A stretch of 63,417 nucleotides of DNA, the filler included. It is 5 parts of 5 records of this genome, joined end to end, with 100 filler letters (N's around TTAATTAATTAA, not from the genome) between each part and the next. Parts side by side here need not be neighbours in the genome. Positions count along the whole stretch, not along the records: positions 36,836 to 45,709 come from SRR2962707_518; positions 45,810 to 57,309 come from SRR2962707_530; 3 more parts are not named here. The stretch is one strand, 5' to 3'. This document shows positions 38,287-47,666 of the stretch, piece after piece. The notes beneath the pieces are model-generated. The model did not search any database and was not told the origin of the DNA. It worked only from the letters and a program-made list of their open reading frames with translations. Each line of letters starts with the position of its first letter. The first letter of the stretch is position 1. A program made the translations under genes and the position numbers.

Positions 38287-39816
38287 ATGACCTCGCGTGA
38301 TCGCATCGGCCCCTTCACACCGGGTCAGGCCACCCTCGTCCTTATCGCCGTCACGCTCATCCTGCGCGTCATCGGTGGTGCGGTGGTCGGCTGGGGTACC
38401 GGCGAAGCCTACTACCTTGCCTCGGCCCGCCAGTTCCATCTGAGCTATTTCGATCAGCCGCCCCTCTCGCTCTGGACCATCTGGGCAACGCTGCAATTGA
38501 CCGGGTCCGACAACCTTCTTGTCATCCGCTTTCCCTTCATCCTTATGTTTGCGGCGTCGACCTGGCTGGTCTTTGATATCGTCAGGCGCATCCATTCCCC
38601 GCTCGGCGGTTTTTTTGCAGCGCTGATCGTCAATGCCTGCGTGCTCTTTTCGCTGTCCATCGGCTCTTGGACGCAGCCCGACGCGCCCATGGTGTTGTTC
38701 TGGCTCGCCACAATCCGCGTGCTCATCGAAATTTTCTTCGGCAAGGGCGCCCAGCGGCCGTTCCTCTATTGGGGCCTTGCCGGGATATTTCTCGGCCTCA
38801 CATTCCTTTCGAAATATCACGCGGCCTTTCTCGTCGGCGGCACTGGCCTGTTCATCCTCTTCAATTCCACCCAGCGCCGCTGGCTGACCCATCGCGCGCC
38901 ATGGCTGGCGTTGGTGATTGCGCTGGCCATCTTCTCCCCGGTGCTCATCTGGAATGCGCAGAACGATTGGGTATCCTTCGGTTTCCAGGGGGGTAGGGCA
39001 CTCGCCGAATCCGGTCTGCGCTGGGATGGGTTCGTCCGCATGATCTGGGGGCAGTTGCTCTATATGGTCCCCTGGCTGGCGGTTCCCGCGCTCTATATTG
39101 GCGCGCGCGCGCTGGCCGCCGGACCGCGCGGCCAGTTTCCCTCCGGTGCCGAGCCCGGCGCCGCCGCGCTCTTTGCCTATATCGGCTGGCCGATCGTTAT
39201 CTTCTTCACTCTCGTCGCCCTCTGGTCCGACACCCAGTTCCATTTCCATTGGCAGGCACCGGGCTATCTGATGCTGTTCATGCTCATGGGCGCCTGGGCG
39301 GCCAATCGAGACGGCAGGGCCATCCGCATTTGGCTGTTCGGCTCTGCAATAGCGACGCTTCTCATTCTCTCCCTGCTCGTTTCCCACGCCGCCACCGGCT
39401 GGGCACGGGCCGTGTTTCCGGGCGATTGGGAAGACCCGACTGCACTGCAGCTCCCATGGACCGAACTTGGCGAAGCGCTCGACGCGCGTGGCGCATTTGG
39501 GCAGGGCGAATTGTTCGTCGCCGGCACCAACTGGATCGATTGCGGCTATATCGACACCCAGATCTCCGGACGCCTCCCGCTTGCGTGTTTCGGCAGCGAC
39601 CCGCGCAACCTCGAATTCAATTTCGACGCGCGGGCCCATGTTGGCTGGAACGCCTATATCGTTGCCCAGAACGCCAATACCGATCGGGTGCCCAGCGCAT
39701 ATTCGGACAATTTCGACAGCATCGAACACCTCGGCACCATAGGTATTGCACGCAATGGCGTTACCGAGCTGGGCAATATCCAGCTCTATTATGCTCAAGG
39801 GTACAAAGGCGACTGA
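38287..39816 (+). CDS. GT-C fold membrane glycosyltransferase (ArnT/PMT-like)
   Basis: EAYY...SYFDQPPL, PDAPM, LSKY, PVLIWNAQNDW.SF.FQ; many TM helices. Confidence 0.88.
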   Translation: MTSRDRIGPFTPGQATLVLIAVTLILRVIGGAVVGWGTGEAYYLASARQFHLSYFDQPPLSLWTIWATLQLTGSDNLLVIRFPFILMFAASTWLVFDIVRRIHSPLGGFFAALIVNACVLFSLSIGSWTQPDAPMVLFWLATIRVLIEIFFGKGAQRPFLYWGLAGIFLGLTFLSKYHAAFLVGGTGLFILFNSTQRRWLTHRAPWLALVIALAIFSPVLIWNAQNDWVSFGFQGGRALAESGLRWDGFVRMIWGQLLYMVPWLAVPALYIGARALAAGPRGQFPSGAEPGAAALFAYIGWPIVIFFTLVALWSDTQFHFHWQAPGYLMLFMLMGAWAANRDGRAIRIWLFGSAIATLLILSLLVSHAATGWARAVFPGDWEDPTALQLPWTELGEALDARGAFGQGELFVAGTNWIDCGYIDTQISGRLPLACFGSDPRNLEFNFDARAHVGWNAYIVAQNANTDRVPSAYSDNFDSIEHLGTIGIARNGVTELGNIQLYYAQGYKGD

Positions 39817-39835
39817 ACGGCGAGGGCCATGAACC

Positions 39836-40134
39836 ATGCTTGAGATGGTTTTCGAAACAGGCGTTATCGATTGGCGCGGCCCGGCGCCCTTCTTCTTTGC
39901 GCCCGTCCCGGACCGTTATTCCAACGATATCCGCAGCGCGGCAAAGCTCGTGAGCTATGGCTGGGGGGTGATCCCGGTTTCGGCCAGCATCGGTGGCGTC
40001 GACTTCACCACCTCGCTGTTTCCCAAGGACGGCAACTACCTCTTGCCGCTCAAAGATGCCGTAAGGAAAAATGCGGCATAACCGCCGGCGACACGATCAC
40101 CGTCGAAATGAGAATTGGGCCAGGCGAAGGCTAA
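39836..40134 (+). pseudogene. DUF1905-family gene split by a one-base frameshift
   Basis: Frame 1: WRGPAPFFF...GWGVIPV...TSLFPKDG.YLLPLKDAVRK. The C-terminal GITAGDTITVEMRI continues in another frame after the A5 run at 40067-40071. Confidence 0.7.
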
Positions 40135-40171
40135 GGAGTGCGGTCTCGCTTCGGCCGCGCGACCACTCAAC

Positions 40172-41584
40172 CTAAGCCGCGCCTTCGCGCTCCCAGCCAA
40201 GCCGCTTGCGATAGATCGTCGACGGGCTGATCTCGAGCGCCGCGGCGGCGCGCGCAATGTTGCCGCCGAAAGCACCCAGCGCGTCCTCGATGATCTTCTG
40301 TTCCTGCTGCCACATGGGCAGGATGTCGGGCAGGGGACCGTTTGCGATCACCGGAATCTCATAGGCGTCCCGCGATTCGATATCGGCGGCCAGCACCATC
40401 TGCGCGGTGACCGTGCCGCCGTCGAACATCACGACGATGCGGCGCACCAGATTCTGAAGCTGGCGTACATTGCCCGGCCATTCGCGGGCCACGAACAGAT
40501 TGGCGACATCGGGCGCAAACCCGACGAACCCCTTGCCCTCTTCCTTGGCGAACGAGGCAAGAAAGTTCTGCGCCAGGGGCATGATATCGCCCGGCCGCTG
40601 CCGCACGGGCGGCAGGTGGATGGGCAGGACGTGCAGGCGATAGAACAGATCCTCGCGGAATTTCTTCTCGCTCACCAGTTGCATCGGATTGCGGTTGGTT
40701 GCGCAGATCACCCGCACATCGACGGGCCGCGCCACCGATTCCCCGACCCGCGTAATCGTTCCCGTCTGCAAAAACCGCAGCAGCTTCGATTGCAGGGCGA
40801 GATCCATTTCCCCAACTTCATCGAGAAACAGCGTGCCGCCATCGGCCATTTCGATGGCGCCCTTGCGGTCCTCATGGGCGCCCGTATAGGAGCCTTTGAC
40901 CGCGCCGAACACTTCCGATTCCATCAATTCGCGCGGGATGGCGCCGGCATTGATTGCAATGAAGCGCTTCTTGGCCCGCGGGCTGCGCTTGTGCAGCGCT
41001 TCGGCCGTCACTTCCTTGCCGGTCCCGCTCTCCCCGGTGATGAATACCGGCGCGGCGGACGGCGCAATGCGCAGGATCTGGTCATAGATCGCCTGCATCT
41101 GCGGCGTCGTTCCAACGAACCCTTCGAAATCGGGACGCTTTTCGACAAGTGCATCGCACACCATGGCGCGCGCCTTGCCGTGGCGCTGACCGAGTTCACC
41201 CAGCCGCGACGCAAGGACCGGCCCTGAAACCGGCAATGGCAGATAATCGTGAGCCCCGGCCCGCATCGCGGCAACCGCCAGCGACACCGATCCGCCATCG
41301 GAAAGCGCAATGATCAGCGCACCATCCGATGCTGCAGCCAGCGCGCCAAACGCGGCTTCCTCGTCGCGCGAAACGCCCTCGAGGCTCTCGGTTTCTGCCA
41401 GGATAACGTCGAAGCGCTCGGCCTTGAGGCGGCGCAGCGCCTGTTGCCCGCTGGTGCAGTGCACAAGCGTAATGGCTTGCCCCCATTGGCCGAAAATGGC
41501 CGACATGGTGGCGCGCGCCCGCTCGGGCGAACACTCGATCAGCAACAGATTTACATCTGCGTCCGACGGGTTTCCATCACGCAT
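40172..41584 (-). CDS. Sigma54-dependent enhancer-binding protein with a degenerate receiver domain (NtrC/LuxO-like)
   Basis: GESGTGKE, GSYTGA, LFLDEVGEM, FREDLFYRL, WPGNVRQL and Fis-type HTH. Confidence 0.92.
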   Translation of the reverse strand: MRDGNPSDADVNLLLIECSPERARATMSAIFGQWGQAITLVHCTSGQQALRRLKAERFDVILAETESLEGVSRDEEAAFGALAAASDGALIIALSDGGSVSLAVAAMRAGAHDYLPLPVSGPVLASRLGELGQRHGKARAMVCDALVEKRPDFEGFVGTTPQMQAIYDQILRIAPSAAPVFITGESGTGKEVTAEALHKRSPRAKKRFIAINAGAIPRELMESEVFGAVKGSYTGAHEDRKGAIEMADGGTLFLDEVGEMDLALQSKLLRFLQTGTITRVGESVARPVDVRVICATNRNPMQLVSEKKFREDLFYRLHVLPIHLPPVRQRPGDIMPLAQNFLASFAKEEGKGFVGFAPDVANLFVAREWPGNVRQLQNLVRRIVVMFDGGTVTAQMVLAADIESRDAYEIPVIANGPLPDILPMWQQEQKIIEDALGAFGGNIARAAAALEISPSTIYRKRLGWEREGAA

Positions 41585-41651
41585 CAGGCGGCTTCTCCTT
41601 GCCAGATGAGGCTCAACTCTCGGCAGACACTATCAATCCATTAGGGTAAAC

Positions 41652-41702
41652 AAAGGGTTGGCACTCCCGCTTTTTAGTCGCCAGCGGGAGTGCTAAACCT
41701 TT
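41652..41702. repeat. Long inverted repeat containing CIRCE-like half sites
   Basis: AAAGGGTTGGCACTCCCGCT / AGCGGGAGTGCTAAACCTTT; 20-bp arms with 2 mismatches and an 11-nt loop. Confidence 0.7.
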
Positions 41703-41735
41703 AAATAAAGCCGAATTTGATTCCCGCAGGGGGCG

Positions 41736-42962
41736 TTGAGCCGGGTGCAAAATCTGGTGTTGATTTTTGTTGGAGTCTGCGGCGCTGCCATCGGCGCAGC
41801 GGCCTATTTTGCCCTCGGCTTCACCCCCATTGAAGCGGTGCTTCTGGCGGTGGTCATCGCGCTTGGCGGCGTGGTGATCGAGGAGCGCAAGGCCCGTCGC
41901 CGCGCCTTCGCCCGGCTCGAACGGGGCGTCGAGGAAATGGGCCATCTCCTGGCCACCGACGCCAAGGCCGGCCAGGTCCTCAGCCAGCGCGTCAACGCTC
42001 TCGTCGATCTCGAACTGGGCCCGCGCCTCGATGTCATCGAAGCCGATATGAGCGTTCTGGGCACCGTGGTCCGCCAGGTCGCCGAAGCGGTCTCGGACCT
42101 TGAAACCGCCCAGGCCGCCTCCGCCCCAACCCGAAGGGACGACCGCGACCCCGCCCAGCCCGAACGCAGCGCCCCCACCATCGCCCTCGATGAGGTCAAG
42201 CGCGCCCTCGACGAGGGCCGGCTGATCCACCACGCCCGCCCCATCCTCACGCTGCCCCAGCGCAAAGTCCACGCCTTCGATATGGTGCCGCGCCTGCAGA
42301 TCGATGGCCGCCAGCTTGTCGACCCGCCGCAATATATGCCCGTCCCCACCGGCGAGGGCACGGTTGTCCTCCGCCGCATTGACCGCATCTGCGCCGAGGA
42401 GGGTATCCGCATCGTGCGCCGGGCGCGCCTGAGCGGCGATCCGGTCCGCCTGCTGATCGATATTTCCCCCGCCAGCCTCGGCGACAAACCGGCGCTCGAT
42501 CAGACATTGACGCTTCTGGCCGCCAACCGCGCCGTCAATTCCGATATCGTCTTTGCGCTGGACTACGAGGAATGGACCGGCCTTTCGCGCCCCGAATCCG
42601 ACGGTCTGGCAACCCTCGTGCAACAGGGCGTGTCCGTCGCCCTGCGCAACGCGACGACCCTGCGTCTCGATTTCGGTGGCCTGGCCGAAAAAGGCGTGCG
42701 CTACATCGAAACCAGCGCCCACGCCTTCCTCAAGACGCCGACCACCCTGACCGACTTCCATTCGTCCGACATCAACGACTATATAAAGCGTTTCGGCATC
42801 AATCTCGTCGTCACCGGCCTTGAGAGCGAGAGCGAAATTCTTGCGCTGCTCGACGACGGCATCAAGCTGGCGCAGGGCCCCGTGATGGCAGAAACCGGTC
42901 CGCTGCGACCCGATCTGCGCGACGAGGGCGACGACGATCTGCGCCGCGCCGCCGCGCGCTAG
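41736..42962 (+). CDS. Membrane-anchored degenerate EAL-domain protein (TipF-like)
   Basis: Two N-terminal TM helices and a coiled coil; RPILTLPQRKVHAFDMV where EAL is expected; LAQG near the C-terminus; start TTG 41736 or GTG 41745. Confidence 0.75.
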   Translation: MSRVQNLVLIFVGVCGAAIGAAAYFALGFTPIEAVLLAVVIALGGVVIEERKARRRAFARLERGVEEMGHLLATDAKAGQVLSQRVNALVDLELGPRLDVIEADMSVLGTVVRQVAEAVSDLETAQAASAPTRRDDRDPAQPERSAPTIALDEVKRALDEGRLIHHARPILTLPQRKVHAFDMVPRLQIDGRQLVDPPQYMPVPTGEGTVVLRRIDRICAEEGIRIVRRARLSGDPVRLLIDISPASLGDKPALDQTLTLLAANRAVNSDIVFALDYEEWTGLSRPESDGLATLVQQGVSVALRNATTLRLDFGGLAEKGVRYIETSAHAFLKTPTTLTDFHSSDINDYIKRFGINLVVTGLESESEILALLDDGIKLAQGPVMAETGPLRPDLRDEGDDDLRRAAAR

Positions 42963-43038
42963 AGTATGTACAGATAAAAGCGCCACTTTATCGATTCGGA
43001 CGCGCGACAAAACAGGACTCCGATAACAAGGAAAACCC

Positions 43039-43902
43039 ATGCCCCCTCTTGCCGGTCCCACTCCCGGTCTTTCCAGCCTCGCCACGCGCTATGGGGCCAT
43101 CCTTTCCGACGTCTGGGGCGTCCTGCACAATGGCGTCACCCCGCACTGGGACGCCGTGGAGGCGCTGACCCAATTCCGCGCCGGCGGCGGCCGTGTGGTG
43201 CTCATCACCAATGCCCCGCGGCCCGGAACCTCGATCATCGCCCAGCTCGATGCCATGGACATTCCGCGCGATGCCTATGACGCGCTGGTATCCTCGGGCG
43301 ATGCCACCCGCTCCCTGCTCGAAAACTGGCGCGGCCGCACCGTCGCCCGCGTCGGCCCCGCCGTCGATGACGTGCTGTTCGAGGGCCTCGATCTCACCTT
43401 CGGCTCCGACGAGGAGGCGACCGCCGTCGCCGTTACCGATCTCGATACCGACGACGATACCCCTGCCGACTATGCCGACCGCATGGCCATCTGGAAGGCC
43501 CGCAATCTGCCGCTGATCTGCGCCAACCCCGACAAGGTCGTCGAGGAAGGCGACCGTATCGTCTATTGCGGCGGCGCGCTGGCCGATGCCTATGAGGATA
43601 TCGGCGGCCGGGTGATGATGGCGGGCAAGCCCTACAACCCCATCTACGAGCAGACCAAGGCTCTGGCCGATGAGGCCGCCGGAAAGCGCTTTGAAAAGAG
43701 CGAAGTTCTCGCCATTGGCGATTCCGTGCGCACCGATGCCATGGGCGCCGCCCAGTTCGGCATCGATCTTCTCTTCATCACCGGCTCGATTCACGCCGCC
43801 GAACTCGACGCCTTCAACGATCCCCCGGCCCGGCGTGTGTCCGATTTCGTCTCGGTCTCCCGCGCCAATATGGTCGGGTTCATGCCCCGGCTGGTTTGGT
43901 AG
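43039..43902 (+). CDS. HAD-superfamily class IIA hydrolase (TIGR01459-type)
   Basis: DVWGVLHNG, TNAPR, CANPD, GKP, IGDSVRTD; upstream of ribF. Confidence 0.92.
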   Translation: MPPLAGPTPGLSSLATRYGAILSDVWGVLHNGVTPHWDAVEALTQFRAGGGRVVLITNAPRPGTSIIAQLDAMDIPRDAYDALVSSGDATRSLLENWRGRTVARVGPAVDDVLFEGLDLTFGSDEEATAVAVTDLDTDDDTPADYADRMAIWKARNLPLICANPDKVVEEGDRIVYCGGALADAYEDIGGRVMMAGKPYNPIYEQTKALADEAAGKRFEKSEVLAIGDSVRTDAMGAAQFGIDLLFITGSIHAAELDAFNDPPARRVSDFVSVSRANMVGFMPRLVW

Positions 43903-43912
43903 GGCACCCAAG

Positions 43913-44548
43913 ATAGACGCGGCGCGCTTCATCGCGAAAAATCTTCCCGTCGCTCCGGTCCCGGGGCTCCCTTCCATCCGGCTGCACCTTGCCGTGCCGC
44001 AAAGCAGGGTCTGGAAACTGGCTCAAGATGGTGTGCCGCCCTATTGGGCTTGGTGCTGGCCGGGCGGATCGGTTCTGGCGCGCCACATCATGGCCAACCC
44101 CGAAACTGTGGCGGGCCGTACGGTGCTTGATCTGGGCACCGGTTCGGGCCTTGTCGCCATCGCCGCCGCGCTCGGCGGCGCCAGCCAAGTCGTTGCCTGC
44201 GATACGGATGCCAACGCCATCGCCGCGGTCGGGCTCAACGCAGCGCTCAATTCGGTCTCCATCGAGACCCGGCTTGCCGATCTTCTCGATGGCCCCGTGC
44301 CGGAGGCGGAAATCATCCTCGTCGGCGACCTCTTTTATGAAAGCGCACTCGCCGAGCGGGTCATCGCGTTCCTCGATCGCTGCCTCGGTGCCGATAGAGA
44401 AATCTACGTCGGAGACATCGGGCGCGAGCATTTGCCAAGGGATCGCATGCAGGTCATCGGCTCATACCCGCTGGTCGATTTCGGCGAACCGGCAACGGCA
44501 CAACCACGCCCCGCGCACGCCTGGCGCTATGTTGGCCCAATGGCCTGA
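43913..44548 (+). CDS. Class I SAM methyltransferase (COG3897/PrmA-like); start uncertain
   Basis: PPYWAWCWPGG..LAR, VLDLGTGSGLVAIAAA, GDLFY, GDIGR; no canonical start at the expected position. Confidence 0.8.
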   Translation: MDAARFIAKNLPVAPVPGLPSIRLHLAVPQSRVWKLAQDGVPPYWAWCWPGGSVLARHIMANPETVAGRTVLDLGTGSGLVAIAAALGGASQVVACDTDANAIAAVGLNAALNSVSIETRLADLLDGPVPEAEIILVGDLFYESALAERVIAFLDRCLGADREIYVGDIGREHLPRDRMQVIGSYPLVDFGEPATAQPRPAHAWRYVGPMA

Positions 44549-44656
44549 TCCTCGGGCCTTGCAATCGGAACCACAAAAAGGCAATTTCCGCGCAACTTCA
44601 CTTGGCCTCACCCAATCCTTCCGGTTCGCAAAGCGCGACAAAACGATCCAGACCTC

Positions 44657-45652
44657 ATGACTGCAGGCAAAAACTTCGCCCGACTCGACGGCCTTTCGGC
44701 TGTTCCGACCGCCTTGAAAGGCGGTGTTGTGGCCATTGGCAATTTCGATGGTTGCCATCGCGGCCATCAGCAGGTGTTTGCCGCCGCCCGCGCCATGGCG
44801 GCGAAAAAGGGCGTGCCGGCTCTGGTCCTCACCTTCGAGCCACACCCGCGCGACGTCTTCGCGCCCCAACCGTTTCTCTATCGGCTGACCTATGCCGATC
44901 AAAAAGCCAGCCTCATCGAAGCCTTGGGCTTTGACGGTGTTGCGGTCATGGAGTTCTCCCGCGACCTGGCCTCGGTCGAGGCAAACGATTTCGTCGCGCG
45001 CTACCTGCTCGAAGCGCTTGAAGTTTCAGGCGTTGTGGTCGGCGCCGATTTTCATTTCGGGAAGGGCAGGGCGGGCACGCCCGATTTCCTTATGGCCCAG
45101 GGCGAACAGCACGGCTTTTCGGTCGAAATCTGCGCCATGCTCGATGACGGCACCGAGACGGTATCGTCATCGCGCGTCCGCGATGCGCTCACCACAGGCG
45201 ATGTCGAAACCGCAAATAGCCTCCTGGGCTATCACCATTTCTTTTCCGGCACAGTGATCGAGGGCGATAAGCGCGGGCGCGAGCTCGGCTATCCCACGGC
45301 CAATATGGCTGTGCCTCAAACCTTCGGGCTGGCACAGGGCATCTACGCCGTCAAAATCCGCCTCGATGGCCAACTGTTCGATGGCGTCGCCGCCTATGGC
45401 AAGCCGATGTTCGACAATTCAAGGCCGCCCTTCGAGACCTTTATTTTCGATTTCGACCGCACCATCTATGGCAAGATCCTCGAAATCGCCCTGCTTGGAT
45501 TTATCCGGGGTCAGATGACGTTCGACGGCCTCACTCCGCTCATTGAACAGATGGACAAGGACAGCGCAAAGGCGCGAATTATCACCGCCCAGGCCCGCCC
45601 ACTCTCCGAGCTGGACGCCGCCCTGGGCTTTGTCGATGGGATAATCGGGTAA
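44657..45652 (+). CDS. ribF: Bifunctional riboflavin kinase / FAD synthetase
   Basis: IGNFDGCHRGH, LTFEPHP, GADFHFG, SSSRVR, GRELGYPTAN. Confidence 0.96.
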   Translation: MTAGKNFARLDGLSAVPTALKGGVVAIGNFDGCHRGHQQVFAAARAMAAKKGVPALVLTFEPHPRDVFAPQPFLYRLTYADQKASLIEALGFDGVAVMEFSRDLASVEANDFVARYLLEALEVSGVVVGADFHFGKGRAGTPDFLMAQGEQHGFSVEICAMLDDGTETVSSSRVRDALTTGDVETANSLLGYHHFFSGTVIEGDKRGRELGYPTANMAVPQTFGLAQGIYAVKIRLDGQLFDGVAAYGKPMFDNSRPPFETFIFDFDRTIYGKILEIALLGFIRGQMTFDGLTPLIEQMDKDSAKARIITAQARPLSELDAALGFVDGIIG

Positions 45653-45679
45653 GTCCGGTACGGTGCAGCCCTCTCAGGT

Positions 45680-45709
45680 GTCATCCCGGCCTTGAGCCGG
45701 GACCCAGTA
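45680..45709 (+). repeat. Start of an alphaproteobacterial intergenic palindromic repeat (RIME/REP-like)
   Basis: GTCATCCCGGCCTTGAGCCGGGACCCA with internal hairpin CCCGGC/GCCGGG; the contig breaks inside it. Confidence 0.65.
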
Positions 45710-45809
45710 NNNNNNNNNNNNNNNNNNNNNNNNNNNNNNNNNNNNNNNNNNNNTTAATTAATTAANNNNNNNNNNNNNNNNNNNNNNNNNNNNNNNNNNN
45801 NNNNNNNNN
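45710..45809. other. Artificial contig spacer
   Basis: N44-TTAATTAATTAA-N44. Confidence 0.99.
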
Positions 45810-46835
45810 CTGGTCCTGGCGGGCTTTTTTGTTGTCCAGCAGATCGATCATTGCTGACTTTGCCGGTTCGTCCAAAAGCGGCGCGGCAACAAATTCGCGC
45901 ACGATCGGGCGCCCCAAAATGATATTAGGCAAGGACACTTGAGGCCGGCCAAGCTTTGCGTAGGCACGCGACTGGTGACTATCAAGCGCGTAGATGACCA
46001 CCATGGGGACGCGCGCCAGGGCCAGTTCAAGGGTCACCGTGCCTGAGACGCAGATGGCGCCAATGGCCTGCTGATAAATTTCGCGGCGCGCAGCGCGCGT
46101 TTCAACCACACGGACGGGCGCGGGCCAATTGGCCGTTTCAGCGACCAGCCGGTCACGTAGCCGAGGCAATGTCGGGATGACGAGTTCGGTCACAGCTTGG
46201 TGGCGCGAGAGGTCAGTGGCCATTTCGGCCAATACTGGCAAGTGGCGGCGCAGTTCACCGTTCCGGCTGCCGGGCAGCAGCACGAGCGGCCCGCGATCCG
46301 GCGGCGTTTGCGAAGCGATGGCCTCGGCAAGGGTCGGATGGCCGACATAGTTGGTGGGTGGGCCGCCAAGTCGGTTCATGGCCTCGGGCTCGAAAGGGAG
46401 CACTGCCAACACGGCATCGAAGAGCGGCGCAAGGCGTTTGGCGCGCTCAGGATGTCGGGCCCAGACTGACGGCGCCACATAGAGGACTAGGCGACCTGCG
46501 TAACCGCGCTTGCGCAGGCGCGCTGCCAGAAGTCGCGAGAAATCCTGCGCATCGACAAGCACCACCATATCGGGGTTTGCGGCCAGGATGGCCCGCGCTG
46601 TCTGCTCGAGCCGCCAGAGAAGGCGTGGCAGGGTGAGCAGCACATCGGTGATGCCCATGACCGCTAGGTCGGACATGGGATAGAGCGAGGTCAGCCCCTG
46701 CCCTGCCAACTCGTCGCCGCCGACGCCGGACAGCTCCAAATTCACTTTGCCGCGCAGCCGCGCTACCAAATCAGCAGCAATCCGATCGCCGGATGGCTCA
46801 CCGGCCAGAATAAAGACGCGAAGTTTTTCGATCAT
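45810..46835 (-). CDS. lpxB: Lipid-A-disaccharide synthase (3' truncated)
   Basis: AGEPSGD, YVAPSVWA, LPFE, YVGHP, LPGSR, SGTVTLELA, SLPNII. Confidence 0.95.
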
Positions 46836-46856
46836 GGCAGCCTCCGGATCGGACGG

Positions 46857-47666
46857 CTATTCGGTCTCGTGGCCGTTACGGGGCAGCAGGATGGGGCGAT
46901 CTTGGGCGTCGGCAATGAAACGCACTACGTCCTGAACCAGAGCATCCTGGCTGAAGATTTCGGCTGCGTCTTCCACACGTTCCCGAAGCGTCCCCTCACT
47001 CGCAAAAATCTGCCGATAAGCGGCACGCAGGCGATGGATGGCTTCACGCTCGAAGCCCCGGCGCTTGAGACCAATGAGGTTGAGGCCGGTCAACGTCGCG
47101 CGGTTGCCGACCGCCATGCCGTAGGGAATGACATCGCCGTCCACCATGGATTGGGCGCCGACAAAGGCATGGGCGCCGATGCGAGTGAATTGGTGGATGA
47201 CGCAGGTGCCGCCAAAGATCACATTGTCACCGACCTGAACATGACCAGCCACGCCGACATAGTTGGCCATGATGACATTGTTCCCTAGAATCGCGTCGTG
47301 GGCGACGTGGGCGTTGGCCATAATCAGGCAATTATCGCCAATGCGCGTGACCATACCACCGTTTTCCGTGCCCGGATTGATAGTCACTGATTCCCTTATG
47401 GTGCAGTTCGCGCCAATTTCGAGGCGTGAATTCTCACCATGAAATTTGAGGTCCTGCGGCTCATGGCCGATCGAGGCGAAGGGAAAGATGCGCGTACCGG
47501 GCCCGATTGTCGTGTTGCCTTCGACAACTGCATGCGAGACCAGCTCGACCTTGTCGCCAAGCGTCACATTGCTGCCAACGATGCTATATGGCCCGATGCG
47601 AACATCTGCGCCGAGCCTCGCCCCATCGGCGACAATCGCCGTGGGGTGAATCAGCGGGGCTGTCAC
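46857..47666 (-). CDS. lpxA: UDP-GlcNAc O-acyltransferase
   Basis: IHPTAIV hexapeptide repeats, PQDLKF, HVAHD, HQFTRIG, GLN.IGLKRRGF. Confidence 0.97.
   Translation of the reverse strand: MTAPLIHPTAIVADGARLGADVRIGPYSIVGSNVTLGDKVELVSHAVVEGNTTIGPGTRIFPFASIGHEPQDLKFHGENSRLEIGANCTIRESVTINPGTENGGMVTRIGDNCLIMANAHVAHDAILGNNVIMANYVGVAGHVQVGDNVIFGGTCVIHQFTRIGAHAFVGAQSMVDGDVIPYGMAVGNRATLTGLNLIGLKRRGFEREAIHRLRAAYRQIFASEGTLRERVEDAAEIFSQDALVQDVVRFIADAQDRPILLPRNGHETE

Noticed and set aside
37648-39837. 729-aa minus-strand ORF
   Set aside because: Antisense shadow of the GT2-GtrA and GT-C genes in high-GC DNA; no recognisable motifs
41658-41675. Sigma54 promoter (TTGGCAC)
   Set aside because: No GC at the -12 position
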